In this document: in pieces, positions 27,501-41,420 of the stretch | Layout: each line of letters starts with the position of its first letter | Position numbering within the stretch: the stretch's first letter is position 1 | Source: Octopus vulgaris | Taxonomy: Eukaryota | Assembly: GCA_951406725.2 (NCBI GenBank) | Contig: OX597820.1 | Span: 59,520,001 to 59,584,000 of the forward strand | Length of the DNA stretch: 64,000 nucleotides | Direction of reading: 5' to 3' | Notes under the pieces: model-generated | Databases searched by the model: none | What the model was told of the DNA's origin: nothing | What the model saw: only the letters and a program-made list of their open reading frames with translations | Translations under genes and position numbers: made by a program

Positions 27501-28560
27501 ACCCACTTAAGGATTTTCATTAATATTCTTTTCTTGTGGTAGGAAAGAATATATGTATATTATAAATATAACCCAAAACTAGAGCACAAATAACAGGAGC
27601 AATAAAATTGAGAACTGTAGATGCCGCTGCTGCGTCCTGCATGGTCTACGAGTAGGCTAACTATGTGCCTCTGGATTGTGATAAGTCTTTAGACAGTCTA
27701 AATTACTTTTGGAGTTTGTCACCGGAGAAAGCCCGAGAAGTTGTTTGTGAAAATGTGTCAGCGTGAGATTATGAGCAAACTCGTGAGACTCACGACAAAG
27801 TCGAAAGAGTTACTAAGTGTGTATACTCGCACAAACGTCACACACATACACCACGGGCTTCTGAATAAATTGTACCTACGAAATTTCATTCCCTGGTTAA
27901 GGCTGTAGTAGGAGACACCGGAAGTGTTTCAATTATAGTCTAACCGAAAGAGTAGCACTTAGTGCAAAAGGCCTTAAGAATAAGCCATTCGAAGAGCTCT
28001 CACTCAATTTCCGTCCTAGCAGCTTCACTCACAAGGCTTGGTCAAACTGAAGCTACTGCAAAAGACGTCTAAATGTTATGCAGTTGAGGAGACTCAAGAG
28101 TTAGTGGTTCAGTAATGAACTTTCCAACCATTCGACCATGCTACATCTATATTTCCATTACGAGGTGCAATCCTCTTTGCTGTGCCATAGCTTGTGTGTT
28201 TCAATGAATCTGAGGGCAATGTCAGTGGAGCGCAAGGTTATAGTAGGACTCGTTATGCTGGGCAGGTAAAAGGACAGAAGCAAGACAGATATATGAGCCA
28301 CCTCTTCCAAGAAGTAAAAATGGGTTTGTGTAGGGCCAATAACCCTACTTAAGAAAAAAATATTTGAAGAAACATCGATGACGATTCAAAACCAACAAAA
28401 CCTGGAAGGGGAAGGCCTTCCCCCAGAGAAATGTAATGCAAAATCCAAAATGAAACGGCGAGGAAGTAAGAGACCCAGATAGAGAGAAGCAGAAAAGACA
28501 GCCAGCGTCAAGGACATAGTGAGCAAAGGACTTAAGTAAGTAAAGTAAACATCGGCTGTA

Positions 28561-28660
28561 TAGGCGCAGGTGTTGCTGCATTGGCGCAGACGTGGCTGTA
28601 TAGGTGCAGGCGTGCCTGCATAGGCGCAGACGTGACTGTTTAAGTGCAGGCGTGGCTGTG
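28561..28660 (+). repeat. Five tandem 20 bp units matching the SINE 5' end
   Basis: TAGGCGCAGGTGTTGCTGCA / TTGGCGCAGACGTGGCTGTA / TAGGTGCAGGCGTGCCTGCA / TAGGCGCAGACGTGACTGTT / TAAGTGCAGGCGTGGCTGTG. Confidence 0.85.
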
Positions 28661-29075
28661 TGGTAAGAAGCTTGCTTTCAAACCACATGGTTCTGGGTTC
28701 AGTTCCACTGCATGGCACTTTGGGCAGGTGTCTTCTACTATAACCTCAGGCCGACCAAAGCCTTGTGAGTGAATTTGGTAGATGGAAAATGAACGAAACC
28801 CGTCGTATATGTGTGTATGTGTGTTTGTGTGTGTGTTTGTGTATATTGCTGTGTGTGTGCGTTTGTATCCGTGTTCGCACCCCGCTCTCACCGAGTGACA
28901 ACCGGTGCTGGTGTGTTTACGTCTCCGTAACTTAATAGTTCGGCAAAAAGAGGGCGATAGAACAAGAACCAAGTTTATTAAAAGTAGATAGTGGGGTCGA
29001 TAGATTCGACTAAAATTTATTCAAGGCGGTGCCCCAGCATGGCTGCAATCAAATGACTGAAAGAAGTGAAAGATG
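28641..29075 (+). mobile_element. tRNA-derived SINE, same family
   Basis: Head, TTGGGCAGGTGTCTTCTACTA core, internal (TG)n, tail. Confidence 0.82.
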
Positions 29076-29828
29076 TAAGACATTATATTAGATTTAAATA
29101 ACACAGGTATTTTATCTCCTTGTGTTCAGAACATAAACCGCATCGATTACACCTACATGTGTCAGTGGTGCGAAAGGCTGCGAAGGCAATGGGAAAAGCA
29201 CGAAGAAGAGAAATATCTGCATCTGCTCTTATCAAAATTCCTGTCTCACGTTTGTGCACTGTTCTACGACCTTTGTCGGAAGGAGTCACAAGTGAGTGAT
29301 TTCTAAAACTGGCGAAGGACCCAAAACATAACTTCATGGACAGCTATACTGTAACCGCTGTGATGACTGCTATTATTATAATGTTTCTGTCCTAATAGTT
29401 GGAACAGAAACCATCAGGATGATTAAAGCGTTAACCATTTTGGTGGTCGGAATATTAATCTCTCAGACGACTGACTCAGTAATTATCGTGATAGCTGAGG
29501 CATTATAATAACCCTAGCAGTTGTGGGTAGTAAGTATTATGATATAGGGCATTAACTTATGAATTATTTGGGCAATGAGTATCATGACATTTGTGGCAGT
29601 GAATATTGTAACAGCTGGAGTAAAACTTTGCTCGAAGAGGCCCATCCCCATCGTCTCCCCTAGCTACACTACTAATATCCCAGTGATAGCTGTAATACAA
29701 ACCAGCATTATCATGGAGGATTAGTAACCATGGAATTGGTTGAGGCGTTGATTGTTATGATTGTTAGAGTAGTGGGTATCATTGAAGCAGGGCAGAGAAT
29801 ATCGTGATAGTTGAAGTAGTGCAGGAGA

Positions 29829-30395
29829 TAGGCGCAGGAAAGTAGCTGTATGGTAAGTAGCTTGCTTACCAACCACATGGTTCCGGGTTCAGTCTCGCTC
29901 CGTCGCACCTTGGGCAAGTGTATTTTACTATAGCTTCGGGCCGAGCAAAGCTTTGTGACGGAAACTGAAAGAAGCCTGTCGTATATATACTCATTACTCT
30001 TTTACTTGTTTCAGTCATTTGACTGTGGCCATGCTGGAGCACCGCCTTTAGTCGAGCAAATCGACCCCAGAACTTATTCTTTGTAAGCCTGGTACTTATT
30101 CTATTGGTCTCTTTTACCGAACCGCTAAGTTACAGGGACGTAAACACACCAGCATCGGTTGTCAAGCGATGTTGGGAGGACACACACAGACACACATACA
30201 CATACACACACATACATATATATACATATATACGATGGGCTTCTTTCAGTTTCCGTCTACCAAATCCACTTACAAGGCTTTGGTCGGCCCGAGGCTATAG
30301 TAGAAGACACCTGCCCAAGGTGCCACGCAGTGGGACTGAACCCGGAACCATGTGGTTGGTAAGCAAGCTACTTACCACATAGCCACTCCTGCGCT
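29829..30395. mobile_element. Two convergent SINE copies: + partial at 29829-29985 and - full at 30000-30395
   Basis: Same SINE body in opposite orientations. Confidence 0.8.
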
Positions 30396-30638
30396 TATAT
30401 GCATACATACATACATACATACATACATACATACATACATACATACATACATACATACGTATAAACATACGCATCTGCACATACCCACTCAAACACACAC
30501 TCATTTACTAGAGGAGCATGAAGCAGCGATGATTGAAATATAGGTGTGTACAATTATATTTAACACGTTTGTTTTTATGTACACTCGAAAGTGAAATGAC
30601 TGTCGCTGCAAAAAATTGGAAATTTTCTATGAGAGATG

Positions 30639-30708
<70 letters not shown>

Positions 30709-30900
30709 GAGCGAGAGAGTGAGAGAGAGAGAGTGAGAGAGAGAGAGAGGATGTTGTCACATGAGGCTGGAGAAAGATGAGACTGCGAAACGATGTTTTG
30801 TAAGGTGATAAGTATAATGAGCTTCACGGGAGTAGAGGGGTACAAGTCAGCTGGGAGAAAAAGGTATTACTGTCGGATGTGGAGCGGATTGCTACCAAAC

Positions 30901-30955
<55 letters not shown>

Positions 30956-33900
30956 TGTTGTAGTAACATCTGAGTGTTCTGAACAACGTTGAAGGCTAGA
31001 AAAACGCTATCACGGTGGTCTGTATAACTGAAGAAGAGGCGTTAAGTCAGGACTGCGGGCGTCATCAGGATTCTCCCTCTCCTTCTCTCTCTCATCACAT
31101 CTCTTTTTCCTGGTTACCTTTTCGTTCTCGCTCTCTCTCTCTCTCTCTCTCTTTCTCTTCCTCCGTTTACTTCTCCCACTCTTACTTATCTTCATCAGGC
31201 TTTCTCTTTACATCCTTCTCCGTTTTCCTGTCTCTCTCTCTCTCTATCTCACTTATTTTCTCGCATTACTCTACTCTTTCTTTCTCTCTATTTTCTTTCT
31301 TTCTCTTTCTCTCTCGTTCTTCGTTTCAACCTCATCTCTCCCCTTTCTCAATTTCTCACTCCCTGTCTCTCGTTTTCCCCGCATATCTTCTTCTCCACTC
31401 TCTCTCTTTCCCGCCCCTTCTTTCTCTCTTTCCATCACTGTGGTAGGTAAGCTGTTCTTATGCTCTTTAGAAAGATTTCGTCACGCTTCATTTATCGCGT
31501 GAGCGATCCATCTCTATCTTGAATCCCAAATTAATTTACCATCATCTTAAAATTTCTACTGACATGATGTCGATGTTATTATAGTTATTTAGTCCCTGGT
31601 CATTCCATGTTTTTACACATACGGTTTTACCTTGTTCGGTGTGTTTTTCCTATATATTTTAAAGATAGGAAGGCATGATTTGAGAAAGATTTGATTGCTA
31701 TTTCAAACATGTCAAGCAACCCCGGTACAATCTCCTTTGTTGGCTCTCGATGCTACAAACAAATTTTTGATTGATTATTTTTACCCCAGATCAGCTCTGA
31801 TAGGCAGGCCCATAACTCATCGGAGACTCGATCAGATTGCTCGCAGTAAAGTTCAGCGTCGATAACGCGACCTTTCGGTACAAGTTAAAAATGCACAAAT
31901 CCTTCGAAGTTCCACCAAACGGAAATCATGATCTTCCTTCCAAATTGATTTTGCTTTAAAACGGACCGAGGAGTTTGATCTTTTGGGACCCAACGCTTGC
32001 TTCAATCGTGATTGACAAGGTAGACCCACTTCTCGTCTGATGTTACAATTCGCTTCCAAAATGGTCATCCATTATTGATCATAACTTTTTCCGCGTCGGG
32101 GATGACGCATTCAACGTTCTATTCTCCTATCTGGGTTGATCGTGCAAATCACATCTATCACCATCCAGTCCTTCTCTTGGGATTGACACATCTAGGAATA
32201 TATCATTCAAAGTGACCCTTTCCTTTCAAGACAATAGGGTGCAATTTGAAGATTTGACAACTATTTCTGGCATAAAGGCTTCATAAATACGTATTATTAG
32301 TGAAGAATGTAAGGCAATGAGCTAGCATAATCGTTATCACGCCGGACAAAATACTTAGCGGAATTTCGTCTCTCTTTACTTTCTGAGTTCAAATTCCGCT
32401 GGGATCGACTCTTTCATCTTGTCAGTGTTGATAAAATAAGTAGCACTCGATGTAATCCACTATCATCCTACCCGCAAAATTTCTGGCCTTGTGCTTATAG
32501 TAGAAAGGATTAAGGAAGGATGTTAGGACAGCGATCTGGCGGAATCGTTAGCATGCCCGACAAAAATGCTTTGCGGTAGGTAATTCTTCTGGCTTTACAT
32601 TTTGAGTTCAAGTACCACTGGTACCAACTTATCCGTTTATCCTTTTGGGAGTAAAATAAGTATTAGTTGAGCACTGAGGTCGATATGATCGACTCGCCAA
32701 CCCCCATCCGTTTTCAAGCTTCTTGCCAATAATAGAAAGTAGAGGTTGTAGTTTACCTCCAGGTCAGTCCTTATCAAGCAGGCTTACTTTAGTCATGACT
32801 ATCTCGTCTTTTCTTATGTGTAAATAACTCAGCACGACATTATTCAACGAATTCCCTTTCTAAAAGGATAGGACGTCTATCTTTACTTTCTGAGCTCAAA
32901 TTTATGCGAGAAATAGTGATCAAACTTTCAATCATTCCAGATGTCACACGCCCAACCTTGCTCAATGCTTTACTCGTGGCAACATCTCAGTCTAAGAGGC
33001 GAACTGCATAAAAACATGCTCAACCACAACTTTCTTAATGACTAGAAATTCCTATGGATGTCGCAGTCTCGGTCTATGCTTGCGCATCATTAGCTATGGC
33101 CCCTTCTTGATCTTACTTTTCTGTTTTCCCTAGTTGCTTCTCACGTATCCCTAAGCTCTATTCTATTTTTATCCTCTAAGACGATTGGTTGAAAGTTTCG
33201 CTTCGTAGGAGTCGGGGCTGACAGACTGTGATGGAGGGAGATGTTTTCTTTTACTCAGTGTTCCAACTTCAACCAGGAGGTGACACAGGATTTCAACTCA
33301 ACCAGTAATATGTTTGAAAATAAATTGATTTAGCCACGGACCATCTTCGGAGTGGAGTCTGGTGGTGTAGCAACAGCAGCCCTGCTCTATGTTACTGTGG
33401 GTTGTAGCTTATGTACTGCAATAACTCAATTACTGCTTCTTCTCGTGTGTGCTATTTTCTTCCATTCCCTCCTTTTGTTTTCCTTTTCTATCAACAAAAA
33501 GCGCTGACTTCGTGTATACTTCTGTCAAAATCATAGGTTTCGCATTCAGTTGTGCTACAGATCAGAAAATGCCGATAATATTCTCCTTGCTTGTGTCCTT
33601 CCTCAGCAGCAGCACCATTCCCGTTTACACAGCTGGGAATATTCCAACTCTGCTTCAAGCTGTGGTAGACGTTATGACAGGAAAGGGATCCACAAGTCAA
33701 GCTTGTATCTATCAAGCTCACTAAAGAGAACACCCAGCGGTTTGCACCTTAAACAAGCACCATTTATATCACAAGGCACCATTCATACCACAGTTGTCAA
33801 CATCGCTTTTTTTTTTTTTTTGCAGCACTGTTTGGCTGAGAACAGAGGCAGTTCGTCTAGATAGGTGACAGAGGATCTCTAGTCAACAAACACGCGTGAA

Positions 33901-34170
33901 TAGTCTGGCAAAAAGTGTTGTTTGAAAATCACATCCATCTATCTGGTATCGAAGAGTGATTGTGGTCTTGTTGCCAAGTCACGCTTCTGTCATTCTGGAC
34001 TATAGATCAGTTTTCGTACCTTCCTATTGAAGAGCACGCGTCTTTAGCTCTGACAATGAAATGTTTATATTTCACACCGAAACATTTTCACCGCTAGTAC
34101 GTCTGGTGCAATGCTTTTTGTAATTGTCTCTTCTAATCAACTGACAATCTCCTCCTCTATCGTTTTGTAG

Positions 34171-34509
34171 GTACACGGACGGGATGCCGAATGCACTTTT
34201 GCCGAATCACAAGAAGCCGAAGCCAAGAAGCCGAGTGGACACAATACTAAACGGACATAAAGCCAAACGGACAAGATGCCGAAAAGACATACGAAAATTA
34301 AAATATAATCGTTTTATCCCTACAATATGACAGGATAAATGGTCATTAAACTATGTAGGTAGTAATTTTTTTTTCCTTTTTTTTTTTATTGTATCCATTT
34401 AGCTTTATGTCAGTTCGGCTTTATGACCGTTCGGCATTGTGTCCGTTCAGTTTCTTGGCTTCGGCTTCTTGTCCTTCGGTAAAAGTGCATTCGGCATCCC
34501 GTCCGCGCA
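34171..34509. mobile_element. Mutator-like MITE with long TIRs and a 9 bp TSD
   Basis: CGGACGGGATGCCGAATGCACTTTT.. versus ..AAAAGTGCATTCGGCATCCCGTCCG; flanks GTTTTGTAG (34162-70) and GTTTTCTAG (34510-18). Confidence 0.8.
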
Positions 34510-36339
34510 GTTTTCTAGCGCTAATTCTTTGCTACATAATCGATTTTACTCTTCAGAGAAACACCTATTATTGATCATAACTTTTTATCACAACCATTTA
34601 TTTTGCTTTTGTCTTTCCGCGTCGGGGACGACGCATTCAACGTTTTATGTCTCCTATCTGGGTTGATCGTGAAAAAATCACAAGTTGGAAGTTTGAGTAA
34701 GCTACGCAATCCTTATCCCCTGATCCAAGAAATATTCTATCAGCGACTTATCGTGTGAGGCTTCCTCTCTTGAAGATAATACTGTGGTGTTAGTTATTGT
34801 TGCTCTGGTCTTATTGTTGTTACTGTTATTAAACTTGTGTTGTGATTGTGATGTTTGAAGCATGGAATCTTCACTCTTCTTACCTGACTGCTAAAGAAAA
34901 CCAGTGATGGTTAGGACGCCATTCGTGTTACATATGTTTTCTTTTTTTAGCCTTTTGTTACTAATTCAATCGGATCGCTACAATTCAAATAAAGGAAGCT
35001 TGGAATCTTTGGAATATTTTTCAGGGATAAACAGCATCTCTCCTTCCATTTTGATTTACAACCAGTTCTGGAGGGTGGTTGACTTCGTCCTATATTCTTC
35101 CAAGATCATTATGAAATAGGTGATACTTATCTCGGGTAAAAGATTGTTGAATGCCAGCTTTGATTACTTGCAGATAGGGCGTGCAATGTCATTTTGCAGT
35201 ATTTGTATTCTTGCTCTGAATTCATTATTTTGCAAGCGAATGCTCCAGTCACGACAAACGATATTGTCACGATGGTGGCGGTTATCGTAGGGAGCACGGT
35301 GGTGAAAAAAGTGCTATTTTTGTGATGGTGGTAGTGATGGAAGTGAGGCTGTTGTTACCGTTATCAGCTGGTCTGGCAGCTTTCACTGTTGTTACAGTCG
35401 CACCCATTTCAGTACTACTTTTGATGATGGTGATGGTAGTGGAGGTGTTTTGTTGTTGATTGTTATTGTTTTTGCTACTGATGCGGTCCTTGTTTCTGTT
35501 GGTGTTGTTGTTACTTGCTACTGCTGGTTCTGATGCTGCTGCTGTCTTGGTCAGGCGTGACGATAGCGGCGGTGTTTGCTTTCCTGTTGTTAATATTTTT
35601 TCCGGACCTGGAACCTGTTGGGGAAAGCTTCTGTTTGTTATAATGAAGGCGTGTTCTACCCTATCCAACACTCCCACCGTCATTTTAAATCACTGCATTC
35701 CTTACATTTCCCCTTAACATCCGCCGTTTTCATCACAAGGCGCCATTTCTGAATTTGACAATATTTTCAAAACAATTTTATTTTTACTTGTTGGTTCTGG
35801 AAGAAGGAGCGATGCCCCAAGACCTCCACAGAAGCCTCTGAGACCGGTGACACGGCTGTTATTAACGTTACTATTGCCAAAAAATACATTTTCAAAATGG
35901 GATCGACTCTTTATAAAACAAAATAACCACTCCTCTCTCCTCACGGTCAATTCTGAAACAAGATGCACAACAATTCCCTAAACGAACAAACTAACAAAAA
36001 AAACCCTAAAAGTTTTCAAGTTTAAGGAGTGGCAAAAATCGTGGTGGTGGTGGTTGTGGGGTCATCGTCATCATCGTCCTTGTTGCTGCTGCTGCTGTCG
36101 TAGTCGTCGTTGTTGTTGCGATAGAAGCAAGCGAACTAGCAGAATCGAGAGGATGTCGTAAAAAAATGTCTTGCGGCATTCGTCTCGGCTCTTTCCGATA
36201 TGAGATCAAATTCCGTGAAGGTCAACTTTGCCTTTCATCCTTCAGAGGTCGATAAAATAAAGTATCAGTCAGTTGATAGTATCGACAAATCTCCACTCCT
36301 TAAAACTTTTGGCCCTGTGCCTAATTTAGAAGCTATTCT

Positions 36340-36950
36340 AGGTTGAGGAAAAATCTCGAGCGCAGTGTTAAAATAATGATTTTCTATGCAAGAATTTATT
36401 CAAAAACAACAACAACTATTCTTCAAAATAAAGACCATCATTTTCAATGGCCTTCTGCCAACAATCTGCAAGCTTTCGGATTTGGTCAAATTACCAACCC
36501 TTCGGCTTTGAATCGAAAAGTTCTTGACAGGCTTCTTCAACTTCATCGGATGACTCAAATCGGCGACCTTTCATAAAGTGCTGCATTAATCGGAAGAGAC
36601 CGTAGTCAGATGGAGCAACGTTCTTGTCATGGCTTTTTGTGGACAAAGTCAAGTTGCTTGAAATTATTCCAAACAGTCTTCTGATCGACATTCAGCCAAT
36701 TCGCGAGTGCTTGATGACGGCTCAACATCCGAAATGGCTTGCAAGTCTCCTTCGTCCAAAACCGCTAGTCATCTGGAACGTGGCTTGTCTTCAAGATCAA
36801 AATCGCCTTTATTGAAACGCTTGAACCATTTCTGTGCAGTTCGCGGCGCTACCGTACCTTCATCTTCAACGTCGCAGATTGCTTTGGCAGCTGCTTTTGC
36901 ATCCAAATTCTTTTTCCAGTAATGACGCAGCAATACGCGAAGCTCAAAAG
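36340..36950 (-). mobile_element. Internally deleted mariner remnant
   Basis: LLRHYWKK..RTAQKWFKRFNKGDFDLED joined to APSDYGLFRLMQHFMKGRRF. Confidence 0.8.
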
Positions 36951-36954
36951 TTGT

Positions 36955-37077
36955 GGGGATTCAGTCTCACCGTGTGACCCCCTTGGGTAAGTGTCTTCTA
37001 TTATAGCCTCGGGCCGACTAAAGCCTTATGAATGGATTTGGTAGACGGAAACTGAAAAAGCCCGTCGTATATATGTT

Positions 37078-37170
<93 letters not shown>

Positions 37171-37385
37171 GTGTATGTTTGTGTGTCTGTGTTTGTCCCC
37201 GCAACATCGCTTGACAACCGATGCTGGTGTGTTTACGTCCTCGTCACTTAGCGGTTCAGCAAAATAGACCGATAAAATAAGTACTAGGCTTACAAAGAAT
37301 ATATCCTGAGGTTGATTTGCTCGACTAAAGGCGGTGCTCCAGCATGGCCGCAGTCAAACGACTGGAGCAAGTAAAAGAGTAAAAG
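36955..37385 (+). mobile_element. tRNA-derived SINE with internal (TA)(TG)n
   Basis: Colinear with 14955-15340. Confidence 0.82.
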
Positions 37386-37823
37386 TGACATCCAAAAATA
37401 GAAAAAAATCAATAAATTTTCATAACAGTTGTTATGAACACAACTCAATAGTCATCAAAAAACACGCACACAGTGAGTCACCATTGAACATGACACGAAC
37501 TGAAAGAACACACACACAACAAAAATATATTTTAAAAAGCATTGTTTTAACACGGCGCACGAACTTTTTTCTCAACTTAATATTATTAATATTATTAGGA
37601 CGGTAAACTTTCAGAATCGTTAAAGCTATGGAAAAAAATGCCGAGGGATAGTTTTCCCAGATCTTTATTTTCTGAGTTCAAATTAGAAAAATGTGTGGGG
37701 TTAGACAAACAAATGATAAAATATAAAAACGAGGGAAGGGATGAAGGTGTCATGTAATATAAATTGGGCAATTTAAAACTTTGTGTAAACAATATTTAAT
37801 AATTACAAAAGTGTTGTATGATA

Positions 37824-38210
37824 GATGGAAGCACTCCGTCGGTTACGACGACGAGGGTTCCGGTTGATCCGAATCAACGGAACAGCCTGCTCGTGAAATT
37901 AACGTGTAAGTGGCTGAGCACTCCACAGACACGTGCACCTTTAACGTAGTTCCCAGGGATATTCAGCGTGACACAGAGAGTGACAAGGCCGGCCCTTTGA
38001 AATACATGTACAACAGAAACAGGAAGTAAGAGTGAGAGAAAGTTGTGGTGAAAGAGTACAGCAGCGATCACCACCATCCCCTGCCGGAGCCGCGTGGAGC
38101 TTTAGGTGTTTTCGCTCAATAAACACTCACAACGCCCGGTCTGGGAATCGAAACCGCGATCCTATGACCGCGAGTCCGCTGCCCTAACCACTGGGCCACT
38201 GCGCATCCAC
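37824..38210 (-). mobile_element. Third tRNA-derived SINE family with a TSD
   Basis: Minus-strand head GCGCAGTGGCCCAGTGG..GGTTTCGATTCCC (A/B boxes); TSD TGTTGTATGATA (37812-23) and TGTTGTATAATA (38211-22). Confidence 0.8.
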
Positions 38211-38640
38211 TGTTGTATAATATTAAGTTATACAAACAGGTAACCCACCAACATATGGGTTCAATGAATGCACTCCGTGATATTGACCACTCTCTTCTTG
38301 CATCTCTACAGAGAACAAGCGTTCAAAGTCTAAGGAAGATACTGAGCGAGCAGGATGTGAAATGAGTGAACAAGAAAGGGGTCATATTTTCAGAATAATT
38401 ACCATAGAGTTATTCATAAAAAGATTAAAATATTTTATTAATAATCACCCTTCTGAGAATTTCACGTAATCGGAACCCACCACTTCACCAAACTGCTCCG
38501 AATCAGTTCCTTATTCTGCGTACATCCCATTCTGGCGCTCTATTAATAGCCATCTGGTGTACGACAACTGCGAATTTCAAATATGGCAGTGTTTTCGTAA
38601 AGAAGATGACTTCCTCCTCCTCCTCCTCCTCCTCCTCCTC

Positions 38641-38700
<60 letters not shown>

Positions 38701-41420
38701 TTCGGTTGATTTTTGTTAAATATCACAATTTTTTAGGGGACTTTTCCCCTTTTTTTGACCTTCAAATCTTTCCGACAGTTCGGAAGCCGTGTTCAATTTC
38801 CATCTGCTCCCTTAATCACAAAACGATGGAATAGCTTTACTGGTTAAGATAAGAAGGCAGAATTTCTGATCGCTGATTTCAGGGACTTGGTGCGAGGTAA
38901 CTTCTGCCATCTCCGGAATTTTAGCAAATTGTATTCTGGAGACTGGGACCTGTCGTTGTTTGCTTCTACAGCTGATACTGATCTCTCTGCTGCTCTCCTG
39001 CATCTTTTATTTTTAGTTTCTCCAGTTTTTCAGTACAAAAAACCTCTTAAGTGTAGCAATTAGGCTTTTCCTTTGCACCACCAGTATCATACCTGTTGTT
39101 GCATCAACAACGAAGTACAAGTCCGGTAAAGCCCTGTCGTTTTCAGAAGTCATTAGAACTTGTAAGTCCGAACTGATTCCTCTTGATCACATATCGCCTC
39201 TCGCCACCTCTGCACTGATCACTGCCCATGATGCGATACAAAAGAAAATATGGGGTCAATATCATTACCAACGCCTCTAAATGTTTTAAGGAGATATGTT
39301 AAGGAGACAGATGTAAACCAATTTTTTTAATACTTTGTTTGCTCCTGAATGTTGCCATCTGGTAGAGATGTACTGGTCTCCGTGATGTATCTCCTCCCTA
39401 TTGACTTTTTTCATTGACAAAAGACCCACATTCAGAAATTGAGCCTGTTTGCAACACTAGTGAAACTGTCTTTGGCATGTGGAGCAGCAGAAATGTTTTC
39501 ACTCGGCGAGAGTGTACGTAAGCATTTGTTAGTACTTCTTGAAGTTCTTGACAGCATTGCGACTTGAGATATTCAAGCTGGTTGTTTGGGCTGTTAAAAT
39601 ATCATTTTTTGTTTATTGATGTTCAAAATTAAAGATTCGTTATGCAATTACATTTATTTTAGTTTTGTTTGTTTTCTGTATGCGAACTGTACTGTTTTGT
39701 CCATTGTCAGCATTTTAGTGGTGGGTAGCGTATCAAAAATCTGCTATCTTAACTGTACAGGGACTGAAAAAAAATCAAGTGGAAAAAATAATCCAATCTT
39801 GAGCCAAAGCTGATAAGGAAGATTTCATGTGTTCGAAAACAATTTCCTGGTTGTAAATAATCAAGTGGATAATAGATTTCATTCACTTTGACTGGTAAAA
39901 TATCACTTAATTATTGGAACGAGCGGCGACACACACGTCAATGTACAATACTGCTACTGCTACTAATGACGATGATGATGATGGTCCTTTCTTTATAGGT
40001 AATAAATGACCATATGTAGAATAGAAAAAGTATCGTACAAAAAGGAGCTTGCAAAATGCGTGGTATTTGTGTGTGTTGGTTGCGTGTGTACGTATGTGTG
40101 TAATAAATATAGGAGTGAAGCAAATACGCTATACAAAGCATTATAACAGGTTAAGAGTTTGTTATGTGAAAATGGAGATTGAAAGATTCAGTGTGTGAGT
40201 GTGTGTGTACGCGCGCGCGCGCGCGTGTGTGTGTAGTGTGGGAGAGATAAGGGGGCGGAGAAAAAGATGCTCAGGACAACCAAGGACGCTAATAAGTTTC
40301 TACTCAACAAAATTAGCCTTCCAAATTGAACGTGCATATTTAACCGAAATTCGAAGATTCCTGCACCATCTGGAGAGTCCTTCAGTTGTTCTATTTCGAG
40401 TATTGGTGCAGTTTCCACCCACAACCATTTGCTTTAAGGTTCTTAGTCGCCTTTCTCTATTTCTTCACCATTCATCACATCATTTCTTCTCTGTTCCTTC
40501 CCTTTCTTCCGCAGCCTTACCACAAAGTCTAAGTATTTAGTTTGGGTAGCACCCTTCGCACGAGAGGTTTCCAGCTTCTTGTATTTTGTCTTGGTTCCTT
40601 CTTTTTCGCTCCCCACTTTTTGACCCACCCCCTTTACTCGCTGTTCTTCAGTTTTCGTCTTTTTTCCTCTCACTGCATAGTTACGAGGGGTTTGCACTGC
40701 TACTCTTAGCTTCTCACTAGTATTGTGTTATAGGAGGAGATCCCCCAGCTCTTCGGTCGTTCTTGTTAGTACTAGTGCTGGTGGTAAAATTGCCAGGTCG
40801 ACTGCGCTTGCTTTAGCTATCGCCTCCTCCTGTAGCTTCGATCGGTTCTGCTGTGGAGCCAGTGGTAGCAGCAACTACGGTTTTTGTCAACCAAATCCAC
40901 TCACAAGGCTTCAGTCAACCTCAGGCTATAGTAGAAGACACTTGCCCAAGGTGCTACGCAGTGGAATTGAATTTGGAACCATGTGGTTGGGAAGCCTGTG
41001 CCTCCTCATTTTTTCAGGACAGACCACCTCAACTGGCCCTTACTGCTATACATATCGCAAATAAGCCCTCTGCATTGTACACTTCGCCACGCCAAAGAAA
41101 TGATGAGCGCCATTTTCACAATTGACATTCCATTGCTTCTATATTGTTTGCATTGTTTCTTTTGTTAATATTTAAAATAGTTTTGGTTCTTATTCGTGTA
41201 ATTGTTATTATCTATGTCTCTATTGTTACTACTGCTAAGTAGTGGCTGTTGTTGCTGCTACTGTTGTTGTTTTTGTTGTAGCTGCATTGGCTGCAAGTGT
41301 AGGGATAATTCCTTTACTTTTTTTGAAAATTGTCAAGTGGTCGTCGACACCTGGGTTTTCTAGATTTCAATCGCACAAGAAATTTCTCTTTTAGGAAAAA
41401 GAGATTAAATGCATGGTTTA

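Noticed and set aside
32075-34685. ~80 bp direct repeat at ~32075 and ~34570-34685
   Set aside because: Most simply two copies of a dispersed repeat; no LTR-element content between them
38140-38210. tRNA gene
   Set aside because: tRNA-like A/B boxes continue into a SINE body bounded by a TSD; no complete cloverleaf
33400-39560. Possible LINE ORF1 remnants on the minus strand (~33400-34100, ~35000-35970, ~38800-39560)
   Set aside because: Only faint zinc-knuckle-like hints; too degenerate to call without a profile search
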